In this document: positions 25,506 to 37,325 of the stretch, piece after piece
How the letters are laid out: each line of letters begins with the position of its first letter
How positions within the stretch are numbered: position 1 is the stretch's first letter
Assembly: GCA_013239625.1 (NCBI GenBank)
Contig: MU054117.1
Location: 62,001 to 126,000 of the forward strand
DNA from: Lama guanicoe
Taxonomy: Eukaryota
DNA length: 64,000 nt
Direction of reading: 5' to 3'
The notes under the pieces: generated by a model
The model's input: only the letters and a program-made list of their open reading frames with translations
What the model was told of the DNA's origin: nothing
Databases searched by the model: none
Position numbers and translations under genes: made by a program

Positions 25506-26841
25506 CCATTAGATGCTTACCTCTCAGTGTCAGTTCATTTCTGAGGTTCACTTCTGCTGTGGCGCTAGAAGAGACGTGACGTGGGCTTTGAGAAGAACAG
25601 AGAGAAATTTGAGAGGGTGGTCTGCCCGGGGCCCGAAGAGAGCCCGAGGGGGCTGGGGTGGAGGTGGCACCACAAGGGGCAACACACACAGGCGGCCGGG
25701 ACGGGATGTGGGAACCCCATTCCTCCATCATGGGTGAGCCAAGGGTCAGCCCTCTCACAGCAGGGCAGTTGCAGGAAAGGCACTTTGACAGTGATTGGTT
25801 TTCAGTCGGACAGAAAACCTAAAATACAGCCAGGAGAAAAAAATCAGAGGCAAAATCCAAATCTGATGGGATTTCATAAATAGCTCCCTTTAATCCACTC
25901 CCTTTGGCTTTATAACTGACTTAGGCTTTAGCCAAAGATGTCTCCCCAAGTCAGACTGCTTTCACCCAATTTCATTCCTGGTGTTTGCTTCAGGTGGCCT
26001 GTCTCCCCAGCAAACACTAGAGCTCCCAGAAGGAATGAGCCCACGTTCTCCTTTCATACCCTCATACTGTGTCCACAATAGAGACACCGCACGTATGGAT
26101 ACATCACATCTAGGACAGTCACTGCAGAAATACCGTGTCTTGACTGACACCTGGAGACAAGGTTTAATGCCTTTTTCTTACAAATGAAGTGATTTGCCAA
26201 CTTTGTCAATGTAGCGGAGTTTGGGGGAAATTGGTGTCTTCTCTGTAGAGTGGGAGGGGTCTCTGGCCTGCCTCCTGGAGCCCTCAGGCTTTCTTCAGGT
26301 CACAGGAGAGCTCAGGGTGGAATTAGAAGAGGGGTCATGCTTCAGAGTGAAGGGGCGCCCACAGATACAGCCACTAAAGTATGTCCCAGGAAGCAGACAG
26401 GAGGAAGACTTGTGAGCAAGCCTTGCTGGGGACCTAGCTCAGTTCTTCATCCTCTGGGTCACAAAGGGGCCATCTGAGTGGTGTGCCCCCAAAGTTAAAG
26501 CCAGATGGGAACTGCAGAGCAAGGAGGGGTGAGAAGCAGGAAGTAGCATCCTGGGAACCCCAGGATAAGCTGGCACAGGGGCCCCTGCAGAACAGACGAA
26601 ATACCAGGGGGACCTCAGATTTATTAAAGGCTGCACCTTCCACCTTCCTTCTGTGACACCGAGCTTCAGCCTTTCAGTACCTGCACAAAGATCTAAGCAA
26701 ACATATATACAGGCTTTTCTATGTATATGCTTTGTACATGTATGTGTGTGGCTAAGTCAGCTTGTTTAGTTTATATAACTGCTCATGTGTATGATTGACT
26801 GATAAAGTCACACAGGGGACCATGCATCTACAGAGGTAGGG

Positions 26842-27018
26842 GTGTATGCACCTGTGTGTGTGCATGTGTGTATGTGCCTGTGTGTGTGCGTACACCTGTG
26901 TGTGTGCGTGCACCTGTGTGTATGCACCTGTGTGTTCACGTGTGTGCGTGCGTGTACGCACCTGTGTGCGTGTGTGTGTGTGTGCCTGTGTATGTGTGTG
27001 TGGTGTGTGCGTGCGTGA
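26842..27018. repeat. Compound (TG)n-derived tandem repeat with a recurring GCACCTGTGTG unit
   Basis: TG-rich tract with CACCTGTG units every ~16-20 bp. Confidence 0.9.
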
Positions 27019-27388
27019 CAGAGGCAGGGAGGTGGGGCAGAGGGCGGGCTTGGAGCAGGGCTGCACGATCTGAGCAGGAAGAGAAGTGAGTTCAGTGACC
27101 ACGCTCTTGCCTATGGGCCCCCACTGCCTCGTGACCTCAGCTGTGATCTTGTGGCTCCTCAGCCTTCTTCACAGCCCCTCACCCTGCTGGTGAGATGGGG
27201 GTACTCCCTCTGCCCAGGGCGGTCCCACTGCTGCCACCCAGGAGGGCCTCCTCCAGCCGACCCTGAGTTCTGCCGGGATCCAGCCCCTCACTGCAACCAG
27301 CACACAGGAGCCTGCTCTTCCACACCTCCCAAGCTACCTGCGGGTCTGCCCCGAACCTCCCAGCTCCAGCGACCGCCCCCCACCCTCC

Positions 27389-27414
27389 ACCTGCCTGCCT
27401 GCCTGCCTGCCTGC
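27389..27414. repeat. (CCTG)n tetranucleotide microsatellite
   Basis: About 6 tandem CCTG units. Confidence 0.85.
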
Positions 27415-28991
27415 TGGGGGCAGAACAGGAACTAGAAAGAGAGAGCAGAGCAAAGCTCTCCAACCTACTGCTTGTAGAGTTCTGGTCAAAAACTGAACAC
27501 AGGAACAAGCTGCTGAAACCACTGCTGTTAACCGCAGTAAATGGTACTGTGGAGTGACCCTTTACAGTTTCACAGCGCACTGTGGTTCACAGAGTGTTTT
27601 CCTGTGTGTTGTTATTTGGCGTGTGAGGGAGACTGTTTCCTGACAGAAGGAAATCTGTGCTTTAGAGAAGCCCATTGATCTGCTGAAGGTCATGCGGTTA
27701 ATAGATGGTACGGCTGGAACTCAAACCCAGACCCTCTTATTTTGGATCTGAAGGCATTTCTGAAGTGTCCTTGGTGCTCATTTGTCCTTGAACTTCCTGC
27801 CACGCTGAAACAGGGCAGACCAGGAGCGAGAGACCCAGATGCTCTCTGTGTGACCCCTTAAGTCTGGCTTCCATCTGGCCTTTGTCTCAGCAGATTTGAC
27901 TAAGTCCACAGAGGAGCAGGCACGACAAATCCAGTGAGAGAGGAGCACCGTTCACGTGTTGCTCAAGCCCAGGAGCCTTTCCCTGCCAGAGCCTCCTCGA
28001 CAGAGAACAGGAGGGTGTGGGGGTTCGGACAGTGTGTTCAAGCCTGAGACTCAAGGGTTAGAACGGAGGAAGGAGTTGACTCCCGACGTTGTGGGAATCC
28101 TCGAAAGCCATGGGCACGCTTTGTGTTTCTTCTCATGTGAGGGCTTAGCTGCGTCTAACAGGAACAGAAGCAGGAGATGTTGGCACAGACCTGCCCCCAA
28201 CCCCGGGCACCAGGCGAGGTCACAGGCAGGGCTTGGTCTTGGCCCCATCTCCCTGGACCTGAGATGTCACCACTAGAAAGTTCGTCAGGAGTCTGCCTGC
28301 AGGTCACAGACAGACAGTGATTTCTGCAACACTTGCCCTGAGCAGAGACCCAGGCCTCCGGGTTCTGCAAAACCTGCCAAGGGGTAGCTCTGATTACCCC
28401 GGGGCAGTGAGGGGAGATGGAGGAGAAGGGATGGGGAAGTGTTCATAAGGTCACAGAGCTAAGCATATTAAAATTCCCTTGACTGTAAAATAAAATAGAG
28501 ACTGGCATTTTTAGGAAAATGGAGATGGGTTGGGCTTGGAGAGGAAGAATTGCTAAGTGGTACAAAACCAGGCTGTAATCCCTCCAAGCAGACGTGAGTC
28601 ACTCTGAGGAGCTCAGTCCTGTGTCTTTCATTCCAAAGCCCTGAGCCAAGCAGAGCTGGTAGCAGGGCTGGGGAGCAGCCTTCCCAATCAGCGGTGGGAG
28701 GGAAACACAGGTAGCACAGGAGGAAACCTAGATGACCTTGGGTATGGCAATGACTTTTTAGATACAACACCAAAGGCATGGTCCACGAAAGAAATCACTG
28801 ATAACCTTGACTTCATTAAAATTAAAGTTTTCTACTTGTGAAAGACAACAGCGAGAGAATGAGAAGACGAGCCACAGACTGGCAGAAAATATTTGCAAAG
28901 ACACATCTGATAAAGGACAGTTATCCAAAATATAATACATAAAATATAAATATAACAAGGATCTCTTAAAACTCAACAATAAGAAAATGAT

Positions 28992-29092
28992 GAGGAGGGT
29001 ATAGCTCAGTGGGAAAGTGCATGCTCAGCATGCACGAGGTCCTGTGTTCAATTCCCAGTACCTCCGTTAAAAACAAATCCCCCTCCAAGTGA
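28992..29092 (+). mobile_element. tRNA-Ala-derived SINE (Vic-1 type)
   Basis: GAGGAGGGTATAGCTCAGTGGGAAAGTGCATGCTCAGCATGCACGAGGTCCTGTGTTCAATTCCCAGTACCTCC, with TSD AAGAAAATGA/AAGAAAATAA. Confidence 0.9.
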
Positions 29093-29106
29093 AAGAAAAT
29101 AAAAAA

Positions 29107-29312
29107 CTTTTTTTTCTTTTCATATCTTTTTATTATTGAGATACATTGTTTTAAAACATTATGTAAATACCACGTGTAATACATTATGTTTCAACTTCTG
29201 TATATACTGCAGCCTAAACACCAAAAGTTTCGTTTTCATTCTTCACCATACAGCTCATCCCCTTCACCGATTTTACCTTCCCCCACCCATCTTCCCCTCT
29301 GGTAACCACTGT
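29107..29312 (-). mobile_element. Younger L1 3' terminus (antisense, poly-T at left end)
   Basis: T-rich tail followed by 'attgagatacattg...aacattatgtaa...ccccttcacc..tttaccttccccc..cttcccctctggtaaccact'. Confidence 0.75.
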
Positions 29313-29915
29313 CTGAACAACCCACTTTTTAAAATGAGCCAAAGACCTTCGCAGACACAGAAGATAAACAGGTGGCAAATAAGCACGTGAAAAGATGCTG
29401 CACATTGTGTCGCCAGGCAAATGCAAATTAAAACGACACCATTACACACCATCAGAAAGGCCGAAATCTGGAACGCTGACATCATGCTCTGGTAAGGGTG
29501 CAGAACAGGAAGCTTCATCACTGCTGGGGAAGGGCAAAATGGTGCAGCCACTGGGGAAGATAGTTTGCTAGTTTCTTACAAAATTAAACATACTCTGACC
29601 ATACAATCCAACAATTGTGCTCCTTGGTATTTACCTGAAGAAAATGAAAACTTATGATCACACAAAAACCCACACACAGATGTATACAGCAGCTCAATTC
29701 ATAACTGTCAAAACTTGGAAGCAACCAAGATGTCCTTAGTAGGTGAAGAGATTCATGGTGCAGCCAGACAATGAAATATTATTCAGAGCTAAAAAGAAAT
29801 GAGTTATCAAGTCATGAAAAGACATGAGGAAAGTTAAATGCATATTAAATGCTCCACAATAGGTAGAGCATTTAGGATTTTAGGGCAGTGAAAATACTCT
29901 ATGATACCATTATGA

Positions 29916-30044
29916 GGGGAGAGGGTATAGCTCAAGTGATAGAGTGTGTGCTTAGCATGCACAAGGTCCTGGGTTCAATCCCCAGTACCTCCTCTAAGAA
30001 TAAATAAACAAATAAGCCTAATTATCTCCCTCCCTGCCAAAAAA
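29916..30044 (+). mobile_element. tRNA-Ala-derived SINE (Vic-1 type), long-tail form
   Basis: tRNA-like head plus 'taagaataaataaacaaataagcctaattatctccc' tail. Perfect 10-bp TSD ACCATTATGA (29906-29915 and 30045-30054). Confidence 0.95.
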
Positions 30045-30507
30045 ACCATTATGATGGGTACATGTGACCTATACATCTGTCCAAATCCATAGAAAGTGCA
30101 ACAAGACATAATATAAGCCATGGATTTGGGGTGATAACGATGTGTCCATGTACAGTCATCAGTTGTCACACCTGAACTGCTCTGGTGGGGACATTGTAGG
30201 GATATCAGTAATGTCAATACGAATAAAAATGTTTGTATCTTTGATCCAATATTCCACTTCTAGGACTCAGTTTCAAGGGAATATTTACAAACGCAGGGAA
30301 CTTTTATGTGGAAAAAATTTTATTATAGTTATATGCAATCAATAAAAATTGAAAATAACTCAAATAGTGAAGAGAAATGATGACTCATTCATATGATGAA
30401 CTACTGTGTGACATTTAAAATAATTTCTTAAAAGAAACTTAATGAAGGGGAAGATTTACAGAAGGCTATTTTAAATGAAAAGTAGGATATAGTTATCCAT
30501 TTTTCTC

Positions 30508-30856
30508 CACCTTAGTCTATTCAGGCTGCTGTAACAGAACACACAGACTAGGTGACTTGTACACAACAGAAATTTCTCTCTCACAGTGTTGAAGGCTGGG
30601 GAGTCCAGGGTCACGGCACCAGCAGATCTGGTGCCTGGTGAGGCATCTTGGACACCTGTCTCTCCTTGGGTCCTCACAGGCAGAAGGGGCAAGGCAGATC
30701 TCTGAGTCTCTTTTATAAGGGCACTAGTCGCATTCATAAAGACTCAGACCTTATGACCTAGTCACCTCCCAAAGGCCCCATCTCCAAATCCCATCAACTG
30801 GGGATTAGATTTCAAAATATGGATTTGGAGGGGACACAATCACTCAGTATGCAGCA
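30508..30856 (-). mobile_element. MaLR solo LTR (MLT1A-like)
   Basis: 'cttagtctattcaggctgctgtaacagaa..cacagactaggtgactt..aacagaaattt...ttttataagggcacta...tcacctcccaaaggcccc...tttggaggggacaca'. Confidence 0.9.
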
Positions 30857-32183
30857 GTCTTAACTTAGTTTAAAGACAAAGACAGGAGAAAGACTAGAAG
30901 GAAATAAGGATATTAATCATGATTTTCTTTGAGTGGTAGGATTACGGATGATTTTCATTCCTTTGTTTCTATATATTTCAAGTTTTCTAAAATAAACATG
31001 TATGCCTTTAAAAAAAACAATGGAAATCAAGTCAGTAAACGAGAGGTGGGAGAAATTATTAGTGACTCTGGGCACCCTAAGAAATTTTCCCTGATATCCA
31101 TTTGGGCCAACCCCAGATGCCTCCTGCCTTCTGGAGAAGCTACTTTGTCAACAGATCTGCGTGGGATTTCCATCTTTACCATTTATCTAGTTGGGTGGCC
31201 TTACACAAGTAACGTTCTTTGTGTTCTTATGTTCTTAAATTATAGAACAGTGATGTGAAATCTCACAGGTTGATCGGAGGATTAAATGAAGTGACCCATG
31301 AATAAGTCTAGGCACACTGTCAGAGCTCCATAAAAATGTGTTCCCTGCCCTTATTTTTGGAACTGGAGCAGAACCCCTGCAGATTTAGGTAGAAACGCGT
31401 GGATGCAGAGTGGTGGTGAGGGCGACGCCGGGTGATAAGAAGGGACCACTCCAAGCCTCGGCCGGCCGTAACCCTGCAGTCCCACCCCTCGCGTTAATGG
31501 GCGCGGAGAGGAGCGGAGCGCGAGTGACGAGGTGGACAGGTGGACGGCCACGGGGTCACGGAGACACCAGGAGAGCCCGTAGGTCGCCCTCTTCCGAGGG
31601 TGCTGGCCAGAGTACGTCTGCTTTTGACCACACAGCTTGATGGATGTCGTACTGAAGCCAATGATCCTTGAAGGCTAAATAATCTCTAAGGCTTATTTCT
31701 GCTCTGATTATAATATGCAAGTGCTGTTAGGAATTTATTCAGATGACCCGTCTTCCGTCTGACTTCCTCAGCCATTTCCAGCCGCGGGCAGCGGTACCCG
31801 GGGCTCACCGGCAGCCCCAGCTCCAGCCGGAGTGCAGGCCTCGGCTCCTCACCGCCCGGAGCTCCCCTCTCTGAGAGTCCGTGTGGGAGGGGTCCGGGCA
31901 GGGTCGGCTCTGCCCCTCGGACGTGCGGGCCGAGGTAGGGCTGGGGAGGGGGCGAGGGACTGGGGAGGCTGGGAGGAGGGGGAGAGGAGGGGGGAGGGGA
32001 GCAGAGGAAGGGAGAGGGGACGGGAAGGGCGGGGAGGGGAGGGTTCGATTCCGGTCTGGTCGAGGCTGGAGAGGAGGTTCTGATGGTGCCGCCCGGGAAG
32101 CCCATGTCCCAGGCCTCGCGCGGCCGGGCAGATGCCGAGAGGGTCTGGGGCGCATCGCTGTGCCACCTCTCCGGCCGCGCCTG

Positions 32184-32197
32184 GTTTCCATAGCGAC
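32184..32197. promoter_or_regulatory. RFX X-box motif
   Basis: GTTTCCATAGCGAC, one mismatch from the X-box consensus GTTNCCATRGCAAC, in the core of the CpG island. Confidence 0.65.
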
Positions 32198-32199
32198 CG

Positions 32200-32378
32200 C
32201 AGAGCAGAGAGCGGAGGCTGCTGCCGCAGGACCGGGCCTAGTCCTCCCGCCACCGGACACGCACCTCCGGCCCGGGAGCCGGGCGGGTGGCAGGGGCTTC
32301 GGGGTCGGCGGGGCCGCGCTCTGCACGCGAGCGGCCGGAGCAGCTGCGCCGAGGACCGCCGGCCAGGAGAGCCCGCCG
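32200..32378 (+). other. Candidate non-coding first exon, + strand (start approximate)
   Basis: Lies downstream of the X-box, ends at consensus donor CCG|GTGAGT, and contains no ATG. Confidence 0.45.
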
Positions 32379-33288
32379 GTGAGTACCACACAGTCTTCCT
32401 CCGAAGCGGATCTCCTAACCACAAGGTCATGCGTGTGTCTGGATTGATGCCTTTAAAAAAAAAATCACACCTTTAAATTGCTTGTGACCGAGAAGGCTTT
32501 CCTTTTCTGACATCTTTAGATTCTTGGAATTATTATTTCGTCCCCTTTTACACCACTGGAGCTACGCCCGCCTTGGTGCCTCCATTACCGACAACGCCCC
32601 ACTGTGCGGGTCCCTGCATCGCAAACACAGCCCAAACCTATCCGAGAAGCCCCAGGGCTCAGATTCCCAGCCACCCCATACCGTTCGCTTTGTGTTCCTA
32701 TCCTGCAATCAAAGAAATAACGTCCCGGGCAAACAGCACTGCAAGGTGGTGTCGGGGCGAAGCCCCAAGTCCTTGCTGGCGAGGCCAAAGAAAGGCATCT
32801 ATCACCTTCGCAGCGAGGTTCCCCGAGGGGTGGGGGTGGGGGGTGGAGAGCAGGTCCTCCTTCCCTCCGGCGGGAGGCTGAGCGCTCAGCCCAAAGCCCA
32901 AAGATGGACATGCGTGCGTGTGACCGCACTGGGGGCTGCGGTGGAGGCAGCGCAGGTGCTTCTCTTGCAGAGCTCCGGCAGAGCACCGAGACGTTCAGCC
33001 CTTCCTGCAGCAGGGGCCTAATGCCTTCTAGGGGACTGGCCTTGCTTCGAATCTAATGATTATGATTTCATGTAAAATACTCTGTGTATAAAGTCGTCTT
33101 CTCTGACCATCCCCCCTCATCTTCCCACCCACCCCCACGAAAGAAAAAGGCTTTCTTGTTGGTCTGTTACTGTGATTAACTATTTAGAGTTTTCACTGTT
33201 ATAAAGATTCCTTTCAAGGGAAGGGCAAAATCTTGTTAAATGAAAGATTAACAGGAGGCAGAACCGGTGAGCCCCTACAGTTACCATT

Positions 33289-33576
33289 CAGTGGTTCTCA
33301 GCCCTGCCTGCGTGGGAACACCTGGGAAGCTTTAAAAAATACTGACACCTGGGCGTAATGATTTCGTAGTGTATAGAAATACCGACTCACTATGTTGTGC
33401 ACGAGGAGCCAACACAGTGTTGTAGGTCAATTACGTTTCAATTAAAAATAAATAAAGTACCGTTGCCCGGGTCCCACCTCCAGGGATTCTGGCTTAATTG
33501 GTCTGGGATACAGCCTAAACATTGGGATTTTTTAAGCTCCTAGGTGGTTCTAATGAGCTAAATTTGTGGTCCACCA
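33289..33576 (+). mobile_element. MER5A-like hAT-Charlie element with a ~100-bp L1 3' tail inserted at 33354-33453
   Basis: 'cagtggttctca...cacctgggaagctttaaaaaatactgacacctggg' resumes as 'tcccacctccagggattctggcttaattggtctggg' after an L1 tail ending 'gtcaattacgtttcaattaaaaataaat'. Confidence 0.8.
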
Positions 33577-35269
33577 TTCTAATCAACCAGGATGACATTT
33601 TTCCAGGGAAGCTTGGTAATAGCTCATTCTCTCAAATGGGGGGCCCGCTGTAGGGCAGGGTATGTAACTGTCATGAGTGCTGAGAAGCTGGCAAGGTTGG
33701 GGCTGCTCAAAGAGGCTCAGGATGAGGGCATGTTTCAGAGGAAGGAGGACACATCTCTCTCAGAATAGGTCCCCTCACTAAATGAAATGTTCTGATTTGT
33801 ATTCCAGGGAAAGGGGGAGCGATGCTTTTGCAAGCCTGTCGGGTGAAATGGTGGCTCCTGTAGATTACAGACTTCATGTTAGCAGTGACCAGAGTCAAGT
33901 GCAAATCTCCCACCCACTGCGAGGAGAATGAACACTTAGAAGGAAGAGAGGGTTAGGAATGCAGTGGTCACTCTGAAGAAGGGAGAAGTAAGAACATCTA
34001 AGAGTTATAAACGTTATCCTTCTCAGGCCTGAAACCCTTTAGCATGGCTTGAACTCCTCCTAAGTCTGAGGGGTTTCCCTAAAGATCCAAGGACCAGAGT
34101 CAGCTCCTCCCTGCAGGCATGACTGCCCACTGGAGGGCACACCTGTTGGGAAAGATTCTTCCAAGGCTTGCATTCTGAGGTTATCTCATGAATATTCATA
34201 AGTGCTGTGAAGCAGGTGGGAGGCAGAAACTACCCAGCAAGTCTGAGCTTGCAATGCCTAACATGTTCAAGGAAATTAGGTGAGGCCATAAGATTTTGAG
34301 CATGAGAGGTTTGAAATTTAAACACACTAGAATGTGTGATCTACCAACCTGAGGCCAGAACTTCACCAGTCACAGCTTCCACAGCTTCTGCTTGCTTTAA
34401 TTTTGGTTAAATAGTCAGTTATGGTCTCCTTGAGGGGTAGGTATAAAAGTGCTGTCTCTTCTGAGACCCCCGGCAAGGCTTGGTCAGTCACCTGATAAAT
34501 AGGGAAGAGAATTAAGATGCTATTTAACAGAGCTTCCTGTGCCAGGGCCACTGGGGGCAGTGGCTGGGAGGGGTCCGAGGATGCCCACCACTCTCCCCGA
34601 TGCTACCCAGGTCATCCTCCACGGCACTCAAGGGTGCTGACCTGGGTGAGCCCTTCCCCAGGGCCTGCTCACTTCACACAGCACTGTTTGTCTCTTCCTG
34701 GGCTGATCCAGTCTCCTGAGACAGTGCCTTCACTAACCAGCCTGGGCCTCCTTCAGGTTTCTCCACATCCACTTGGCAAAGCCAGGCTGTGGGCATACCT
34801 CAGCTCCCTGCTCCAGCCTCTCTGGTGAACTGGAGCTGCTTTCCACTAATTCCATGTCAAGGATACCTCTCAGGCCCAAATGCCCTTTCCCAACACGGCA
34901 CCTCAGAGCTGACCCACCTCTGGGGCAGGCTAGGCCAACCCTGCCAAGGCGGCCAGTCGACTAGGCAGCTGAGCTAGACACAGTGAACCGTGTCTTAATT
35001 CCCATTGCTGCCCAGCACCCCCTCCCTCACCCTGCCCCCGCCCCGTGACCACCCACGTCCACTTGATCTGGCTTACTCCATGGGTACCAGTTCATCTTGG
35101 GAATACTAGAGAGGTTGCGGGGCGTCAATAAAACCCTATTTACACTTTTTCAGACTGGATTGTGACTCATCAGTGGGTCATGAAATCAGTTTGGTGGGTC
35201 ATGACCAGCATTTTAAAAAGAAATAACAGAAAAACTTTACTCAGATGAGGAAATGAATAAGCAAAAAAT

Positions 35270-35870
35270 ACATAGCTATTGTTCATCATTGATGGTGCTC
35301 AAAAGTGCAGATCATAGCAACACTGTGACATTGTTTTACTTCTTGCTAATGGGATTAACAAAAAATAACAGCTAATGCAATTGCGGGTGCAGTAAAATTG
35401 CATTTTTTATTGTGGCTTGCACTGTAAACTGGTAAAATTTGGAGGCAATGCAACATAATAGGAAAAGCCATATAAGTACTATACTCAGGAATTTTTCCCA
35501 ATGAAGTTATTTAATAAAGATTTTTAAAGTTTCAAATGCATGAAAGTTATCCTCTACTTTGTTAGTTATAATAGAAAAAAAAATAGAAACAGCTGAAATG
35601 TCCAACATTAGAGGAACAGTTTAAACATTTTTAGCACTTCGATACAATGGAATATTTTGCATTTATGATGAAAGCTTACATCCAGAGACATACAGAAGGA
35701 AACAAAGAAAGATTTACGATAACATGAATAATAGAATACAAAATAGCAAGCACACCACGTTTGTAACTGTGTGTGCCTGTGGAAGACAGATGCACATGTG
35801 CAAGTTGCTAAAGTGATGGGTTATAGGTGGTTTTTAAGATTTAAAAATTCATTTGCTGTTGTATATAAAA
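35270..35870 (+). mobile_element. Ancient L1 (L1ME-like) 3' fragment
   Basis: AT-rich, with 'tgtaaactggtaaaatttggaggcaat' and 'gaaacagctgaaatgtccaacattagaggaa...tacaatggaatatt'. Confidence 0.6.
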
Positions 35871-36794
35871 CCTTCAAGACTGGAAGAAGTGAATGTGCAG
35901 AAAAAGAAAGAAATCCCGGAAATTATCATTTTACAGCTATTGTTTTCTTGGCCCTAGAAACCAGAAAAATCATGAGAGTCACAATTATGTTGAATAACTT
36001 CATGCTTGTGGATTTTTTCACTCTTGTTGTAAGCTAATGTCAACTTTGGTAAATTTCTTGCTTAGGGTGGATAGTTTGTGAATATCTATTGACTGACAAA
36101 ATATCTAGATCTTTTAGCTGTTCCATTCATAGTCTCAATCGTGGGAAAACTTGAATTTATTTCTGAAGAAGCATCACAAATCTTAGTACAATTAACGCTT
36201 TCTCTTTAATTGTGTATTATAAGGAGCTTGTAATTTTTCTAGCATAGGGAACACATCTTTGGGAAATTTCCCCCCATTAAAAGAATTATGAGAACATTCT
36301 AAGTAGGTCACAGCCCTGAAGGGAAAGGGATCAGGTGTGCAGTGTATGGAGGTCTGGGGAAACTTAGTTAGAAATTTGCCTGATATGGATGCTTAAATGA
36401 TGGAGCTGTTTTATTTGAATTGGAAATGAGAGTAAGGGGTGGGCGGCAGGTTCAAAATCAGCAACTTGGAAAACCTGTTCTCTGTCTTCCGGGCTCTGAA
36501 ATTTTCAGACCAACTCGCCTGGTATGTAATTCCTGGGTTCTCCTTAGCTTTTGCATTTGCTGTGTAACCTCAAGGTAAACATTTAGTGTCTCTGTGTTTC
36601 CATCATTCTCGAGAGGAATGAAAATTCTTGTTCTGTCCCTTCTCCAAAGGCATGTTCAGTGGAAGATGTAGGTGTTATGCTTATTTATGTTCCCCTAATG
36701 CTCCTTCCCCAAGGGTTTCTGATCGGCCCTCCACAGACAGGACACTAGGACACAGATGGGGACAGAGACATGAGGGAAACCCCATAAACAAAGC

Positions 36795-36828
36795 TGTGTG
36801 TGTGTGTGTGTGTGTGTGTACGTGTGTG
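36795..36828. repeat. (TG)n microsatellite
   Basis: About 12 perfect TG units plus a degenerate extension. Confidence 0.9.
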
Positions 36829-36959
36829 ACACACAGAGAGAGAACATTGTGCTTGGCTCAACTCAGAAGCTCTAATCTTTGGACTGCACAATGTGTCAAT
36901 TACTTTGCGGACTTTACTCTGCAGAGATAATAACTCTCATTTTTAGAAAGGGGACACTA

Positions 36960-37325
36960 AAATGCATTAAGCACATACTCCAGGCCAGGTGCTTTCACAT
37001 ACATCATCTCCATCAGTCCTCAATACACCTGTGAAGTGAGTGGTATTTTTCTCCATTTTTCTAACTTGGAGAGGATTCCTACAAGTCAGAGACACTCATG
37101 TGATCAGGAGTTTTCTGCAGAAACCAGGGAAGTGGGGATTTGGGCTCCTCTGACTCATGACAAAACACACACTCTTGTCATGCCTCTGTGTCAGACGATT
37201 TGAGTTCAGATTTTGACGGTGGTGGTGTTTAGCTGTGTGTCCTTGGGCAAGTTTTTTAACTTCTCTGAAGCTCAATTACCTTATATTAAAATAGGGATAA
37301 TAATGACACAGGAGGAGGTTATTAA
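36960..37325. mobile_element. Two MIR fragments in opposite orientations
   Basis: 'ccaggtgctttcacatacatcatctc..tcctcaat' and 'agctgtgtgtccttgggcaagttttttaacttctctgaagctcaatt...aaaatagggataataat' (MIR core). Confidence 0.65.

Larger units (their letters stand above)
28715..30200 (+). mobile_element. L1MC1-like 3' portion, interrupted by two SINEs and an antisense L1 tail
   Basis: L1 ORF2 3' sequence ('gactttttagatacaacaccaaaggca', 'aaaatatttgcaaa') and L1MC-type 3' UTR ('tttcttacaaaattaaacatactc', 'ttttagggcagtgaaaatactct'). Confidence 0.85.
31390..33000. promoter_or_regulatory. CpG island 1, probable bidirectional promoter
   Basis: Dense CpG and high GC over ~1.6 kb, GC boxes and an X-box. 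Consensus donors point outward on both strands: + CCG|GTGAGT at 32378/32379 and - CCG|GTGAGC at 31809/31808. Confidence 0.8.

Noticed and set aside
31686..33021. Long ORFs in CpG island 1 (up to 205 aa)
   Set aside because: Same GC artefact: overlapping frames and no domain.
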